A DNA stretch of 64,000 bases from Leptogorgia sarmentosa (Eukaryota). The translations under genes and the position numbers were made by a program. The first letter of the stretch is position 1. Each line of letters begins with the position of its first letter. The notes under the pieces were generated by a model that searched no databases, had not been told where the DNA came from, and saw only the letters and a list, made by a program, of their open reading frames with translations. The stretch lies in the NCBI GenBank assembly GCA_964658305.1, contig OZ210885.1, positions 23,064,001-23,128,000 of the forward strand, read 5' to 3'. Positions 13,302 through 26,900 of the stretch are shown in pieces.

Positions 13302-13795
13302 CATGGGCGTACGGGCCCTACCTTTCTTGGGGGGGCACATTATTGTTTGCCAGACAGGACCTGTGGAATGACATTTGAAGGGGGGGGGCTGACAAAAAAA
13401 GGGGGGCGAAGCTAATGAGGCGCAACCATGGTTGGCGCAGAGCGAGAAAAATTTAAAAAATTTGGGTCTCTAGATCGTCGGAAATGGCATTTTCAAGGTG
13501 TCATATTATACCTCTTTCGTTATGTAATACATATTCGATCTGAAATACTTGAGCTTTGGAATTAGAATACTTCATATAGGATGTTTTAGAAGATAAAGAT
13601 TTTCATTGTATTGTTGATGTACCGGCATTGACTAATAAAGTTAATATTCTATCAACTATGATGCAATTATGTTTGTCCAAACGACACTTGAATTCGAGCT
13701 CAATTGCCTGACCATGAACGGTTGGGGGGGGGGGGGGGGCTGTGCAATCCGTGCCCCCCCTCGCCGCCCCCCCCCCTCCTGCCCGTACGGCCATG
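13302..13795. mobile_element. hAT-type MITE
   Basis: TIRs CATGGGCGTACGGGC / GCCCGTACGGCCATG with G/C-run subtermini. Flanks TAGAGGAAT / TAGAGGAT form an imperfect 8-bp TSD. Confidence 0.75.
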
Positions 13796-13834
13796 TAGAG
13801 GATATATTAGATTTTGAATTGTTTAGAGCATTAA

Positions 13835-14500
13835 ATAACATCGGTCTATCCGCGATGCTTCATTAAGTGCATTCAATGAATCCCCAAGAGCGATCGAAAA
13901 CGTCAAAAAACAAATCTGACAGGTATTCAACGACCACAACCTAAAACTAACTATCAAAGCGAACAAAAAGTGTGTGAATTTTCTTGATATTTCGTTTGAC
14001 CTGAGAACCGACTCTTTCAGACCATACACGAAACTCGACAACACACCACGGTACATCAACATCCACCATCCCTCCTGCGTAGAATACCAGAAACTATTAA
14101 CCGCCGACTATCAAATATTTCATGCAACAAAGAGTCATTCGACGCCAGCACAGAACTGTACCAAGAAGCGCTATCAAATACAACCTGCATTACGATCCAT
14201 ATCCCACGCAGAAGAAGCGCAGCAGATATAGAAATATAACGTGGTACAACCCCCCATACAGCTCCAACATTGCCACTGACATCGGTCACAAATTCATCAA
14301 AGCAGTCGATGAATGTTTCCCAAGAAGCCATGCTCTAAACAAGATTTTTAACTGCAATACATTAAAATTAAGTTATATAGTTGCATGCCAAATGTCCAAA
14401 ACGTCATTGCGTCACACAATAAATCTGTCCTGAAGAAAGAAGCAGAGAAACACAATACAACCAAGACCAAAACCAACCATATATATATATGCCAGCAATT
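13835..14500 (+). mobile_element. Penelope-like element fragment (RT C-terminus and linker)
   Basis: Degraded NIGL(YRDD), NFLDISFDL...RPYTK...YIN, RNITWYNPPYS...IGHKF...LNKIFN..TLKLSY. Confidence 0.88.
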
Positions 14501-14906
14501 AAGACAGAAACTTTTTGGTCTTTGAATGTGTCTTGTTGGCATGCAGCTAAATTGATTGTATTAGTAAAAATGTTCACCGTGTGGTTCAATAAAGAACATA
14601 TAACGAGAACTTTATACATGTTTAGTTAATTATAAATATTATATTCGACTGAGACTATATATGATTTTTGAAAGTTAACCTGGTAATTCCCTAATCTTGA
14701 ACGATGATGGTTAACCTTGAAGTTTAATCTTAACTTTTTTCTCTCAAATTTTGAAAAGCGCCTTGAATATGAACGGAAATGGTTTTTGTAGGTCTTTAGA
14801 GTGTTTTTCAATCTTTTTTGAACCATTTTCAAAAAGTTTGGGTTAACTATGGCAAGCCGTGTGTAGCAATATTCAATAACCGTATTTGTTGCACAGAAAC
14901 GTGAAC

Positions 14907-15175
14907 AATTCAATATTCAATGACACATTCAATATTCAAACATACATTCAATGTTCAAACATTCATTCAATATTCAATGATACATTCAATATTCAATGAT
15001 ACATTCAATATTCAATGATACATTCAATATTCAATGATACATTCAGTGTTCAATGATACATTCAATATTCAACGATACATTCAATATTCAACGATACATT
15101 CAATATTCAACGATACATTCAATATTCAATGATACATTCAATATTCAATGATACATTCAATATTCAAACATTCAT
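14907..15175 (+). repeat. Subterminal 19-bp tandem array (ATTCAATATTCAATGATAC, about 14 units)
   Basis: Period of 19 nt read directly. About 3 inverted units at 20005-20066. Confidence 0.92.
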
Positions 15176-15283
15176 TCAAGATTTGAAGTATTCGGAAAAA
15201 CAAAAGAGGGGTACTGGGAACGAGTGGGAGTTTTCCCGCCAAATAGTGGATGCATCATCTTGAATGAAAATTAATGGTTGCTT

Positions 15284-16829
15284 ATGGAATCCGAAACTGA
15301 AATTGAAGAATTTAACTTAGAAGAGTTACCCAGGTTCTTAATCTATGTTCTTGACGAGATTGAACTAATATGCCGCGAAGAAACCACGTATTTAAATAAC
15401 AAACTGGAATCACATTTCTGTGTCGTTGACAAAGTCGTAGGTCTACTTAGGGAGTTAGATTTTACACAAAATGTATCCGACGTTATTGAAACGAATGACT
15501 TGGAACATTTAAAGTCGCTTTCGGATGTGTTTGCAGATATACTTTTTGGGTTGCAGCAACTTATATCAACATTGTCCGTAACACCAGCAACTGTTGCAGA
15601 GAACATTTGTGTAATTGATGGAAGAAACCGTGGGGAAGTTGGACGACCAAAATTCCACATTGCATCAGAAGTCTTAGAAGACCTGCGAGGCCTTGGTTTT
15701 TCGTGGGCAAAAATTGCCATGATGTTGGGTGTCTCTAGATGGACTATTGCAAGAAGAGTTAGGGAGTATGGTTTGGAAAATATGTGTGGGTTTAGTCAGT
15801 TGTCAAATGAAGATCTTGACTGTCTTGTTAAAAGCTATATAGATCAACACGGAACAACGTCGGGACAAACTTATATCATAGCCTACATACGATTGCTAGG
15901 ATACCGTGTGCAGCGCAGCAGAATTAGAGAGTGTCTAGCAAGAGTAGATCCACGAAATACAGCACTGAGATGGGGTGTCACCGTGTCCCGCAGGGTCTAC
16001 AGTGTACCTTGGCCAAATTCCCTTTGGCATTTGGATGGCCATCATTCGCTCATAAGGTGGAAGCTTATAATTCATGGTTGCATCGATGAATTCTCTCGAA
16101 GAATAATGTTTCTCAAATGTAGTCCAAATAACTTAGCTGAGACAGTGTTAACATTATTTTTAGAGGCGATTGATAAAGATGGCAACTCATGGCCATCATG
16201 AATTCGTGTTGATCGGGGTGTTGAAAACGTGTTAGTTTGCAATGCTATGTTAATGGCAAGAGGCGAAGGAAGAGGAAGTTTTATTCCTGGTCCTTCCACA
16301 CACAATCAACGTATTGAACGTTTGTGGAGGGATGTTTATAGATGTGTCTGTCACATGTATTATTGTTTTCTATGGCATGGAAATGTCTGGAATTCTTAAC
16401 CCAGAATATTCAGTGCACCTATTTGCTTTACATCTGGTCTATCTTCCTAGAATTAATCGTGCCCTACAGGAATACAAAGAGGCATTCAACCACCATGCAG
16501 TAAGGACGGAGAATAACTGGTCCCCCTATCAAATGTGGCTAAATGGAATGATGCATGAAAGAAATCCTCTTGCCCATTCACAGCTTGATGATAACCCAAA
16601 TGATCTTGAATATTATGGGTATGATCCCCAAGGTCCATCACCCTTGGAAGACAATGGTGGTGTAGTACTACCAGAGGTGGCGCTTGCTAATGACGAGGAG
16701 ATACAGTCATTCGTCTTAGCTAATGTAAATCCCCTCTCTCCATCAAATGACATGGGAGTTGACATTTACATGAATGCTCTCCAACTTGTACAACATAAAA
16801 TCAGAGAATTAAATGGACCTGAGGAGTAA
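15284..16829 (+). pseudogene. IS3-like / integrase-core DDE transposase with N-terminal HTH
   Basis: GRPKF...FSWAKIAMMLGVSRWTIARR (HTH). RRVYSVPWPNSLWHLDGHH (D1), IRVDRGVEN (D2), STHNQRIERLWRD (E). TGA at 16199-16201 (likely CGA>TGA) and a frameshift near 16365. Confidence 0.9.
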
Positions 16830-17421
16830 TAGTGCAACGTCAATGCACCAATTATTTAAGTACATGTAAATACAGTAACAAATATATATATACTTGAAGT
16901 TCTCCTCAAAAACTGCAGTATTATTTCTCTCTCATTTTAACCCATTGAGTGGCGCCAGATGCCCCTTCATCAGAAAAATTGTCTGGTGTTAGAATAAAAT
17001 AATAAAGTTGGGTACATCAGGGCACATTGGCACTTAAAGGGTTGACTGACTGTTTTTTTGGATTATGTGACTAGCTATAAAATCTGAACCACTAAACCTA
17101 TTAACAGTTCTGTTTTTCCTGAGTTGTTATCACTGATATCAATATTCACCACAATTTCAAAGATTATTTATTACAGTATTATGAAACTGTTATATACACA
17201 ATTCCATTTCTAAATGCTGTCCAAGGAGTCTGTTTAAGTTCACCATCAAAAATCAATAACCTTATGAATGTAAATATAAACATCTTAAATATAAACACTG
17301 TCTTAAATATAAACACTATCTCTAAGTAGAAATACTTTGTCCTTAGCTATTTAATTTAAAACAAAACACAACAAATTTGATACAATTTTATCAAAATAAC
17401 TTACATGCAAAATTGTATGAC

Positions 17422-19848
17422 TTATGCAAGGCCAAAATAACTGTTGCAAAATGCATAATCATACACTTCAAATATAACATCTTCTTCCGGCAAAGAAATA
17501 TCGTGTGAAGGTATAGAAAGCGTCATAGACTTGCTGCATTTATTTGCAGAAGGAATAAATGCCCACTTGGAGGGAGACGTTGCTGTAGCAAACTGAATGG
17601 ATGGATGCATGGAGAATCCTAGGGGAGGCTCTTCATCAGTTGCTGTGCAGAACTGTAGAATATTTCCCAACGCCACTCTATCTCTTCTACCACTGGCAAC
17701 AACACGTACGTAATTTGAGAATGCTCTATAAGTAGCATTCTCATATTGGCGCCTATTTGAACCCTCTTCTGAAAAAGATGGTTTGAGCAGGCTAATTAAA
17801 TTCTTTCGTGTCAACTTGCTTGAGTTTTTCTGAAGAAACAAGTCGAGGAAAGCTGGTAGCTCCTTCCCAATTTGAATGAGCCCAACTTTAGCAAATCCTG
17901 CTCGTAATTTAGCAATGCATGGAGAAGGAGTTTCCGATATAAACGTTTCTTTTATTATGTCTTCATGTCCCAGCAACTTCATAATCTTCACTCATATAAT
18001 CTCGTAAGCCTTTATCAAAGTATTTGGATTGTATCTCTCTCAGACACAGCATGAAAAATTCTTTCCGAGGACCACCCAAGTCTGATGCCAGTTCGCCATA
18101 GAATGAAACTTCCAAGGTAACGCATGGGTTCTCCAAATAGCGTAGCTCTTCAAACGCAGATTGTAAAATGTCCTGTCTGTCTACATGAATGAAATTGGTT
18201 TCTCCTTCCACTGTTTTGTGATGTTGAACTAATGTCAAGTTGTCGGCCTTGCACTATATGTTTTGAGGCACACCTCAATATTTCAACAGGATTTACAATA
18301 TTCTCTGCATTGCATTTTTTTATGCAGTCAGAGATGACCTTTTCAAAACTACCTTGCAGGCTGTCAGGTCCTTCAGCTGGTATTTCTGATGGCTGGTTGG
18401 ACTCATTAACATTGGGGCTGTCCCGATTTGGTGGTGAACTGTCCTGATTTGGTGCTGGACTGTGTACTTCTTCTGTCATAGAAAACTGATCACATCTTGA
18501 GGACTCATCTTGTGACAGATTACTCGTTTCAGCATCAGTTGAGGTGGAACTGGAATTAGGTTGTGTGAATGGAGGAAGAAATTCTACAAAGAAGTCATAG
18601 AATGATGTAAAGAAAGATGGAAAACAACACATAGAGTAGACAAGGGAGACAGTGATCACAGCGGCATCGATGACTTAGATTATTAAAGATACATAGATTA
18701 ATCATTATTGGACAACGGGCAACATTTTATTTTTAATTAATAAAATTAAATAACCCTCTTAAGATTATAAATACACTCATGGCTCTCAAAAGACAGGGTG
18801 GATTTGGATCAAATATTGGATCTGTCCTCTGTCTAATATCTCTCCCCGGGCCACCGCGCTTCCGGTTTTAAGCTCGAGGTGAGGATACTAATGATGGAAA
18901 ATTAAATTAGCCTCCCTCTCAATTAAGCCCCCCCCCCAATAAGCCCCTCCCATTCTAAATGTCCTGAAATGAATAAGCCCCCAGGGTGCTAAATAGAGAG
19001 AATATGGTATTACAACTCACATTAATTTGTCCTATGGTAGTATAACAGATGACTTCTAAATAGAGTACCTTCATCATCACAACTGTCATCAACAAACAAG
19101 CATTCAAGCCCATCCTTGACTTTCAAGTAAATCGATCTCTGACCAGCTAAGCTTCACTTGTTGGTAATCGAATGATTGGCAGCTGACCAGTTTTGAAAGC
19201 TTTCTCCGGGTAGCTCGTAGGAATTCAAAATCAGTATCACTAATCATGGGAAACTTCATCCTCGTTGCCTTTCCAATCTCAGCACGAATTTCTGCTTCTT
19301 TACTTGCTGCTGTGAGCTCAATCAGTCCACGAAGTACGATGTTTTCATCAGCGATGGTCCAACTTTCACTTTCCACAGATATATTTACTAACACAAATTC
19401 GAATGCCTTCTTCAATGGACTCGTCTCTTTTTTCTTTCGCTTGTTGGTGGACTGGTTATCACCAATTGAACTACTAGCTCTCAAGCGTTCTCTTTGGGAT
19501 AGTCTTGAGTATGCACCTCCAGAAGCTGAGCTTGTAATCATTGATCGGGCACGCGCAACTGCAGTTCCAATCCTGCTTCCAATTGCTGTTGACAATCCAA
19601 TTCCTGGTCGTAATGCTGACCAGACAGCTGGTTCATCGCTTCTACTGGTCGAGGGTGTTGAGTTTGACACGACTGTCGGCACCGCCCCTGCTTGATTATT
19701 ACTATTGCTTGAAATACCACCAGGTAATTGACCACTATCGAGAATAGTCGACCACTATCGAGAATAGTCGACCACTATCGAGAATAGTCGACAACAGCGA
19801 AGACGTTTCGCTTAAATGTTGCGATAATTCGCGAAAATTCTGCTCCAT
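17422..19848 (-). pseudogene. HECT-domain E3 ubiquitin ligase-like gene (G2E3-like HECT), intron-containing, frameshifted
   Basis: N-lobe IHVDRQDILQSAFEEL...VSFYGELASDLGGPRKEFF. C-lobe ILQFCTATDEEPPLGF...PSANKC (Cys codon 17536-17538) and terminal YFGLA*. Exon 1 from ATG 19848. Confidence 0.85.
19731..19790. repeat. 20-bp unit ACCACTATCGAGAATAGTCG x3 inside HECT gene exon 1
   Basis: Three exact copies. Collapsing them to one restores the reading frame. Confidence 0.95.
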
Positions 19849-20725
19849 CTCATTATTTATAAGTTTATTTGCCCATAGCGTTTATCTGTGTTTATCTCGT
19901 TTTAATCACTGATTTCAATATGGCGGACAAAATTTTGGCGGGAAAATTCCCACTCGTTCCCAGTACCCTCTTTTGTCTGTCCGAGTACTTCTACTTCAAA
20001 TCTTGAATGAATGTTTGAATATTGAATGTATGTTTGAATATTGAATGTATCATTGAATATTGAATTGTTCACGTTTCTGTGCATATATTAAGAACTAGAT
20101 GCAACAAATACTTAACCCTTTTACTTTTTGGTCGATTAATTTTGGCCACTTTTTCAACTTTTTAAAAATGGTGCAAAAATGATTGAAAAACACTCTAAAG
20201 ACATACAAAAACCATTTATACATATTCCTGGAGTTTTTATCGTTTAAAAGCATCTATTTTGGATTCAATCCATTTGCGGCATAATATTTCTTTAATATTT
20301 GTCAGAAAGGCTGCCGCGACATTGATTAATTTGCATGTTAATTTGTCCAATAATCGATCGGGATAACGCTATCGGTGTTATATAACAGTTACAGTTTATA
20401 ATCATTATTTATTCGAAATAGTTGAAGGGTTCCGATTCTTTATAGTTAAGAGCTGTGAATTAAATAATATCCTTTCGGTAAAATACAAATACAACATTAT
20501 GATGTAATTGGCAGGGCGCAACTAAGCCGGTTAGCAGAAAATTTGACGGATTGACATTGACGGATCAATGAATATCAAGAGAATGTCTCCAACTTAAATA
20601 TACAGGGTGTATAAAAAAAATGGTAACACAAATGTGGTGCGCCATATCTCAACAAATCAGTAATGGATTTCATTGAGTTTGACATCATTCGAAAGTTCAA
20701 TTGTTCCTCTTTTACATGATGTCAT

Positions 20726-23700
20726 TGTAGTTCCTAACTACATTAGATAGATTGCACCATTTGAACACGTCACACGTTTCCTTTATTTCCTCGATAACAA
20801 CATAAATTTAACATACAAATCCCAATATATAATACAGCAAAAGTGGTTTTCTACAAATACAAACATTTCACATACATTACAAATATTCCCATACACAATT
20901 ACAACTACAATTAGACAATAAAGGACAACAAACTTACCAAACTATTTACGAAACACTCTTTTTACAACAAACAAACAAACATGGACGTCCCAAAGCACGT
21001 TTCCACCTTGAGGTCTCTCCCCAGCTTACCGCGCTTACGTACGTACGTCGCATAAGGTAGCTACACCGGCCCCTAAATCAAATGCTCACAACATTTCATT
21101 TACCCACATATACCGAGCTACCATCCACTAACACTAATATCAACCTTTATCCATTCATATATACATAGCTACTGCACTGTATATTAGTTCAAATTGTTTC
21201 CTCATCCTCCTGCTCCGCCTCGAGTCGCACAACTTTGCAATCGGTCGCGTCAGGTAACATGTGTTGGTGGTAACCTCCATTCTCTTACACCTTTTCTTGG
21301 AACGTGTTGCAACGGTTGACATCGTCTTCACCTTAGCTGCTCGAACCAATCCGTCCGGCCCCGTTATTACCTCCACAACTCTCGCAAGTGGCCAAGAGCC
21401 CCTTGCATAGTTGTCATCTGCTACGAGTACTACATCGCCAATACGCAAGTTTCTTTTCTTGCTGTTCCACTTCTGTCTTTGCAACAAAGTAGGCAAATAC
21501 TCCTTGGTCCAACGACGCCAAAACAGACTAGATAAATACTGCGCTTGTCTCCAGGCTCTCTTACTGTACAGGTCACCTTTCTCAAAGGTACCAGGTGGTA
21601 AACTCGGGCAAGGACGCAAATGCAACAAGTGGTTAGGAGTGATGGGGTATTCATCAAGGTTGCTGTCACTGTTGTGTGATAAAGGTCTTGAATTAATGAT
21701 GTTGACTGCCTCTGCCATTACTGTTGCGAAAACTTCATCATTGACCAGCTGTTCTTTCAACGTTGCTTTCAATACTTGATGAATCGTTCGGATTATCCTT
21801 TCCCATACTCCTCCCATATGGCTGGCTGCTGGTGGGTTAAAAACCCATGTGATCTCTCTCCGCAGGCAAAATTGCTGGATCTTGTGCTCATCCCAGGATT
21901 CGGCTGCTTCTTTTAACTCCTTGTTAGCACTCGTAAAATTTGTTCCCCTATCACTTCGGATCCTTTCCGGGCATCCTCGAACGCTAATGTCGTTTACCAA
22001 ATCATTTTCAAGCTGTGGATTCAAACGCCAAATGGAAAGTCCCAAACGTCTCATGGATTTCTTCCTTGTCTTAATTTCATTACCAGCATCCTCCTTCAGG
22101 ACTGTCACGGCATCCGCAAACTCGATTTGCTGAACGCACGTCGAATGATTACCCTTTCTGCATTCTGGAGCTCTTCTACAGTGAGATGACGACTTTTTTC
22201 TTGCCGCTTCCACATTAGGTACTGTACGTACCGTATTAACCACGCGACACATCGCTTCAGCTTCCACCAAGATGAATGATAATTAACCACCTTATCCAAG
22301 ACGTTGTTGTCGGCACCAAAAGCGTATACTTGAATTTCCTTTCTTACTTCCGGATCGTTGTCGTTCATCTCAGGAACGTGTATCATAGCAAGCCAGGTAC
22401 TTTCTTCCACAAGAACTGTGGACCAGTTATCCACCGGTTGTCCTTCAATAAAGCAGTCAACTTCACGCCCTTTGATCCGTTGTCTGCCGGGTTTAACTCA
22501 CTGTTCACATATCTCCATTCCTTCGTTGATGATCCGCTGTGTATAAGAGTTATACAATTGGACTCGAAGGTGTGGAATCTTTTGGATGTGTTATGTATAC
22601 ATTTCAACACTGACGTAGAATCAGTCCAGTGATAAACTCGTTGAATAGGCATATCTATCTGCTCTTGGATAAATACTCTCTGCTTCACCAAAACAGCCCC
22701 AGCCGATAGTTCCAACCTCGGTATTGATATCTCGCAGATCGGCGCTAATCTCGCTTTCCCCATCACAAACGCACAATGGATTACACCGTTCACATCTAGA
22801 ATTCGAAGGTACGCTACAGCCGAATATCCAAGGGGCGATGCATCCGAGAAAAGATGTAATTCCACGGTTTTTACGTCGCCAAGTGTTCCAACTTTAAAAC
22901 AGCGATCGACTTGCACCTGTTTCAGTTGAGGCAAATCTTGTAGCCAGCGCGTCCATTGCAATTTCTCGGTTTCTTCAATTTCATCATCCCATTCTATCTT
23001 CTTTCGGGTCAGCATCTGGAGTAGCAGCTTCGCTTTCATTGTGTACGGGGCTATAAATCCAAGAGGATCGAAAATGGAATAGATTACAGATAACACTCCT
23101 CTTCGGGTGGTCGGCTTGCTTATTATCGTTGCCAGCCTTTCTTCTGGAATCTCCCACACAAACTTATCTTTTTCTATGTTCCATTTCACACCAAGAGCAC
23201 TCTCCGTAGGCAAACGTTCTATCTCCAAATTGGCAACTGACTTCGCTCGTTCACCCTCGGGTATGGCTGCTAAAACATCTCGGTTGTTACTACACCATTT
23301 GGTCAGCCTGAACCCTCCTCTGGCTACCAATTCACGAAGCTGTTTCACAAGGTTGATGGCCCGCTCACTTGTACTCTCCGTTTCAACCGCTTCAACACCG
23401 ATGCCATTGCTCTCCATCTCTGCTGTTTTCTTCAAAACAAAATCGGCAATGCTTGGAGATGACTTCACTCCGAACACGTGTTTCACCATCCGGTATTCTG
23501 CTAGATCATCAGAAAGATCTCCGTTAGGCCACCATAAGAACCTGAGGACGTCGTGGTCTCTCGGGTGAACCAAAACTTGATGAAACATCACTTCGATATC
23601 AGCAACAACTCCCACGGTTTCTTTCCTGAAGCGGGTCAAGACACCAACTAATCTGTTTGCTTCATCAGGACCTTGCAACAATTGTTGGTTCAGCGACGTC

Positions 23701-23905
23701 TGTCTATACTTGGCTGCGCAGTTGTAGACCACCCTCACTTTGTGCGGCTTTAAAGGGTGTACCACTGGGTGATGCGGCAGATACCATATGGGTTTGTCCG
23801 TGGATTTTAACTCCTCCTCTGGAACTCTTTGCGCATGTCCCTTCTTGAGGTACTCATTCATGGTCGCTTTGTATTTCTCTAATAGCTCCTGATCTCTCAG
23901 CAATC
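20726..23905 (-). mobile_element. BEL/Pao element A, 5'-truncated and internally deleted, with 3' LTR
   Basis: WYLPHHPV, ADIEVMF, LHLFSDAS, IPRLEL, SDRGTNF, HMGGVWER. YVDD region deleted. PPT then LTR TGTAG...CTACA at 20726-21065. Confidence 0.93.
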
Positions 23906-23909
23906 AGCA

Positions 23910-26900
23910 ACGTCACTTGGACCCTCGTTTGGGTCTAAACCCCTGTGCAAGGGGAGGACGACCAGATGATGATTCCATTACTGTCCAAGGATGCATGTTG
24001 GCAATCGCAGAGACAAACCGGCAGCTATCAGCAAGTTTGGCTCGTCAAAATCTTGCAAAGTGCCATCCCAACGTGTTTAGTGATGATTTTGCAATGTTTC
24101 ACGCTTGGAAGAAGGCATTCCAGGCTATGATTTACGATGCCGAAATCTCGCCAGAACAGGAGATAAACTACTTACATAGATATTCATCTGGAGAACCCCA
24201 GAAACCTATTGACAATTATCGTAAGAGAATACACGACAACCAATTTAAAGTTATCAAAGAACTGTGGAACGAGATGGAGAGACGCTTTGGAAACATAGCT
24301 GCAATCACAAACGCCCTCCTTCAACGCCTCGAGGATGCCTCACGATTCGGTGAGAAGCGAAGAAACTTCAGGAATTCTCAGATCTCTGCGATAACGTGAG
24401 CGACCAGATGAAGCAACTCCCTGGCCTCAAATGTCTTAACTACCCGAATGTCATTTGCCTGTTGGTCATGAAACTGCCAGGTCATTTACAGCGAAAATGA
24501 GATGAGCGAGTCGTGGAATTTGCCTCTGTGACCTATATCCTGACTTCGAAGTGTTCGCTAGAGAAGTTAGAAAGTATGCGCGACTAAAAAACCACCCGAA
24601 CGTTACAGTATATGAGAATGTGATAACAAACAGCCCTCGATCAGGAAGAAAAGATCGATACAAAGACGAAGATCACAGAATTTTAAAAGGGAACGCCGAA
24701 AGCCCGAGTCCTTGCAGCGAAGAAAAACATTGTCAGTTCCATGATTGTCAAGGCCACGACATCTCGGAGTGCAAAGCTTTCGCAAGGAAGACATTACAAC
24801 AAAGATCGGATTGGACGAAAAAGTCGGGTCTCTGTTTTCGATGTTTCGCTAAAGGTCATATTGCAAAGAACTGTAAAGTACCGGTAAAATGCCAGAAATG
24901 TGATAGTGCATGACACTTGACACTGTTTCACTTTGAACAACAGAAGAAACCTGGAAGGGAAGACCAGAAAGACGAAGTAACATCGTCTTGTACCGAACTA
25001 TGTTCAGGTACAAGACGTTTTCCTCGAACGAGAACCAGATAAAGTGCATCGAGTTTATGCTATCATAGACAAACAGAGCAACGCTTCTATGATAACCACA
25101 AAGTTAGCAGATAAGCTTGGGTGTACCGGCCCAAGAGAGAAATACCTCCTGTCTACGTGTGGTGCATCTAAAGTGACCAAGTTCCGGCGAAGAATTCAAG
25201 GTCTGTCTATGCAAGCCATGAAAGGAGATACGATTCAACTCCCGAAGCTGATCGAATGTGACAGCGTTCCCCATGACAAGCGAGAAATCCCCACTCCAGA
25301 ACTAGTTAGAAACTTCCCTCACCTACAGGAGATAGCAAGGGAAATTCCTCCTCTGGATCCCAAAGCCCAAATACACCTGCTAATCGGCTGTGATGCACCT
25401 GAAATCCTCAAAGTACAAGCGTTCAAGAATGGTCCCAAAGGCGCACCATGGGCTCACAAGTTACTCGTGGGATGGACGGTTTCTGGTCAGATCTGCATCG
25501 ATCGTTTGGGAGGCCCAGTTCATCTTCAAACGTGTCGAACAGTTTGTCTCAACGAAGACGAAAGGATACCTACCCGTATCGCTTCCCTTAAACCTCTTCT
25601 CAATGACGTCATGCCTTGTTCAAATCACTTCGTAGTTGAAGAATCGCCTGCACCCAGAGATAACCTTGATGACATGTTTCGTACTCAAAGTAACAAGAAC
25701 GAGAAAGCCATGTCTATCGAAGACCGACGTTTCCTCGAGATCATGCAGAAATCTATTAAAAGGAATGAACAGGGAAACTGGGAAACCTCACTCCCTCCCC
25801 GTGAAGTAAACCCCATTTTCCCTAACAACCGAGTGCAAGCTGTAGAACGACTCAACAAATTGATACAAAGTTTTAAGAGGAACCCTAAGTTGGAAAAAGA
25901 TTACGGCGACTTCATAGGAGGTATGTTGCAACGTGGTCATGCTATCCCAGTCCCCCTGGAGTCGTTAGGTGAGGAAAAGAAAAGCAAAACATGGTACCTA
26001 CCACACTTTGGCATATACCACCCCAAAAAGTCCGATCGTATACGAGTCGTGTTCGATTCCTCAGCTGAATTTGACGGAGTTTCGCTGAATAAGGAACTTT
26101 TGTCTGGCCTTGATCTAGCAAATAACCTTCATGGCGTCCTGATTCGATTCCATCAACACAAAGTCACCGTCACATGCGACATACAACACATGTTCTACTG
26201 TTTTTACATCCACCCAGAGCACAGAAGCCTGCTACGGTTCCTGTTGTTCAAGGACAATAACCCAGCAAAAGAATTTGTGAACAACAACTTTTATATCGAT
26301 GATGGATTAACCTCCACGCCTTTGGATACTGACGCAATTTCCCTTGTGAAGAATACACAAGCCCTGTTGGCAACCGCTAACATACGACTCCACCAGGTGG
26401 TTTCGAATTCCATTGTTGTAATGAAATCCTTCCCAGCAGAGGACCGCATCGATAACCTCAAAGATTTGGATCTACAAGTCGACTCCATTCCTGTTCAACG
26501 CTCGTTAGGCGTGCACTGGGACGTAGAGAAAGATGCCTTTACCTTTAGAATTTCCCTACCCGATAAACCATATACTCGTCGTGGCGTTCTTGCTATTGTT
26601 AATTCTACCAACGACCCATTAGGATTAATCACTCCTATCACACTTGGAGGCAGATTATTGCTACGCAAGTTAACAGACATGGGAAACAGATGTTCTGGTA
26701 ACAACCAACAATTGGGATGCGACGAGGTTCTTCCGTCGACAACGAAAACGAAACTGGCTCCAAGGTGATTAACGACTATCCCCAGATTAGAACTTTGTGC
26801 CGCAGTCCTAACTACTCATGCGACGAGACGCGTCCTCAAAGAACTCACAATAGAAGTCAACGAGGTAGTATTTTACAGCGATTCGAAGGTAGTCTTGGGA

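Larger units (their letters stand above)
14762..20228. mobile_element. IS3EU-type DNA transposon (element 1): DDE transposase plus convergent HECT gene within long patchy inverted repeats; ends approximate
   Basis: Inverted matches 14762-14835/20156-20228, 14883-14950/20020-20110 and 15162-15243/19933-20020 enclose exactly two tail-to-tail genes. No TSD identified. Confidence 0.8.

Noticed and set aside
13603..13866. Gly/Pro-rich short ORFs
   Set aside because: Translations of the G/C runs in the MITE subterminus.
14907..15175. CRISPR-like array
   Set aside because: Head-to-tail 19-mers with no unique spacers and no cas genes, in a eukaryotic context.
18900..19010. MITE-like end in the HECT intron
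   Set aside because: Only one plausible terminus. No matching TIR or TSD found.
17422..19848. Host G2E3 orthologue
   Set aside because: No PHD/RING region seen, frameshifted, and enclosed by transposon TIRs. No gene symbol assigned.
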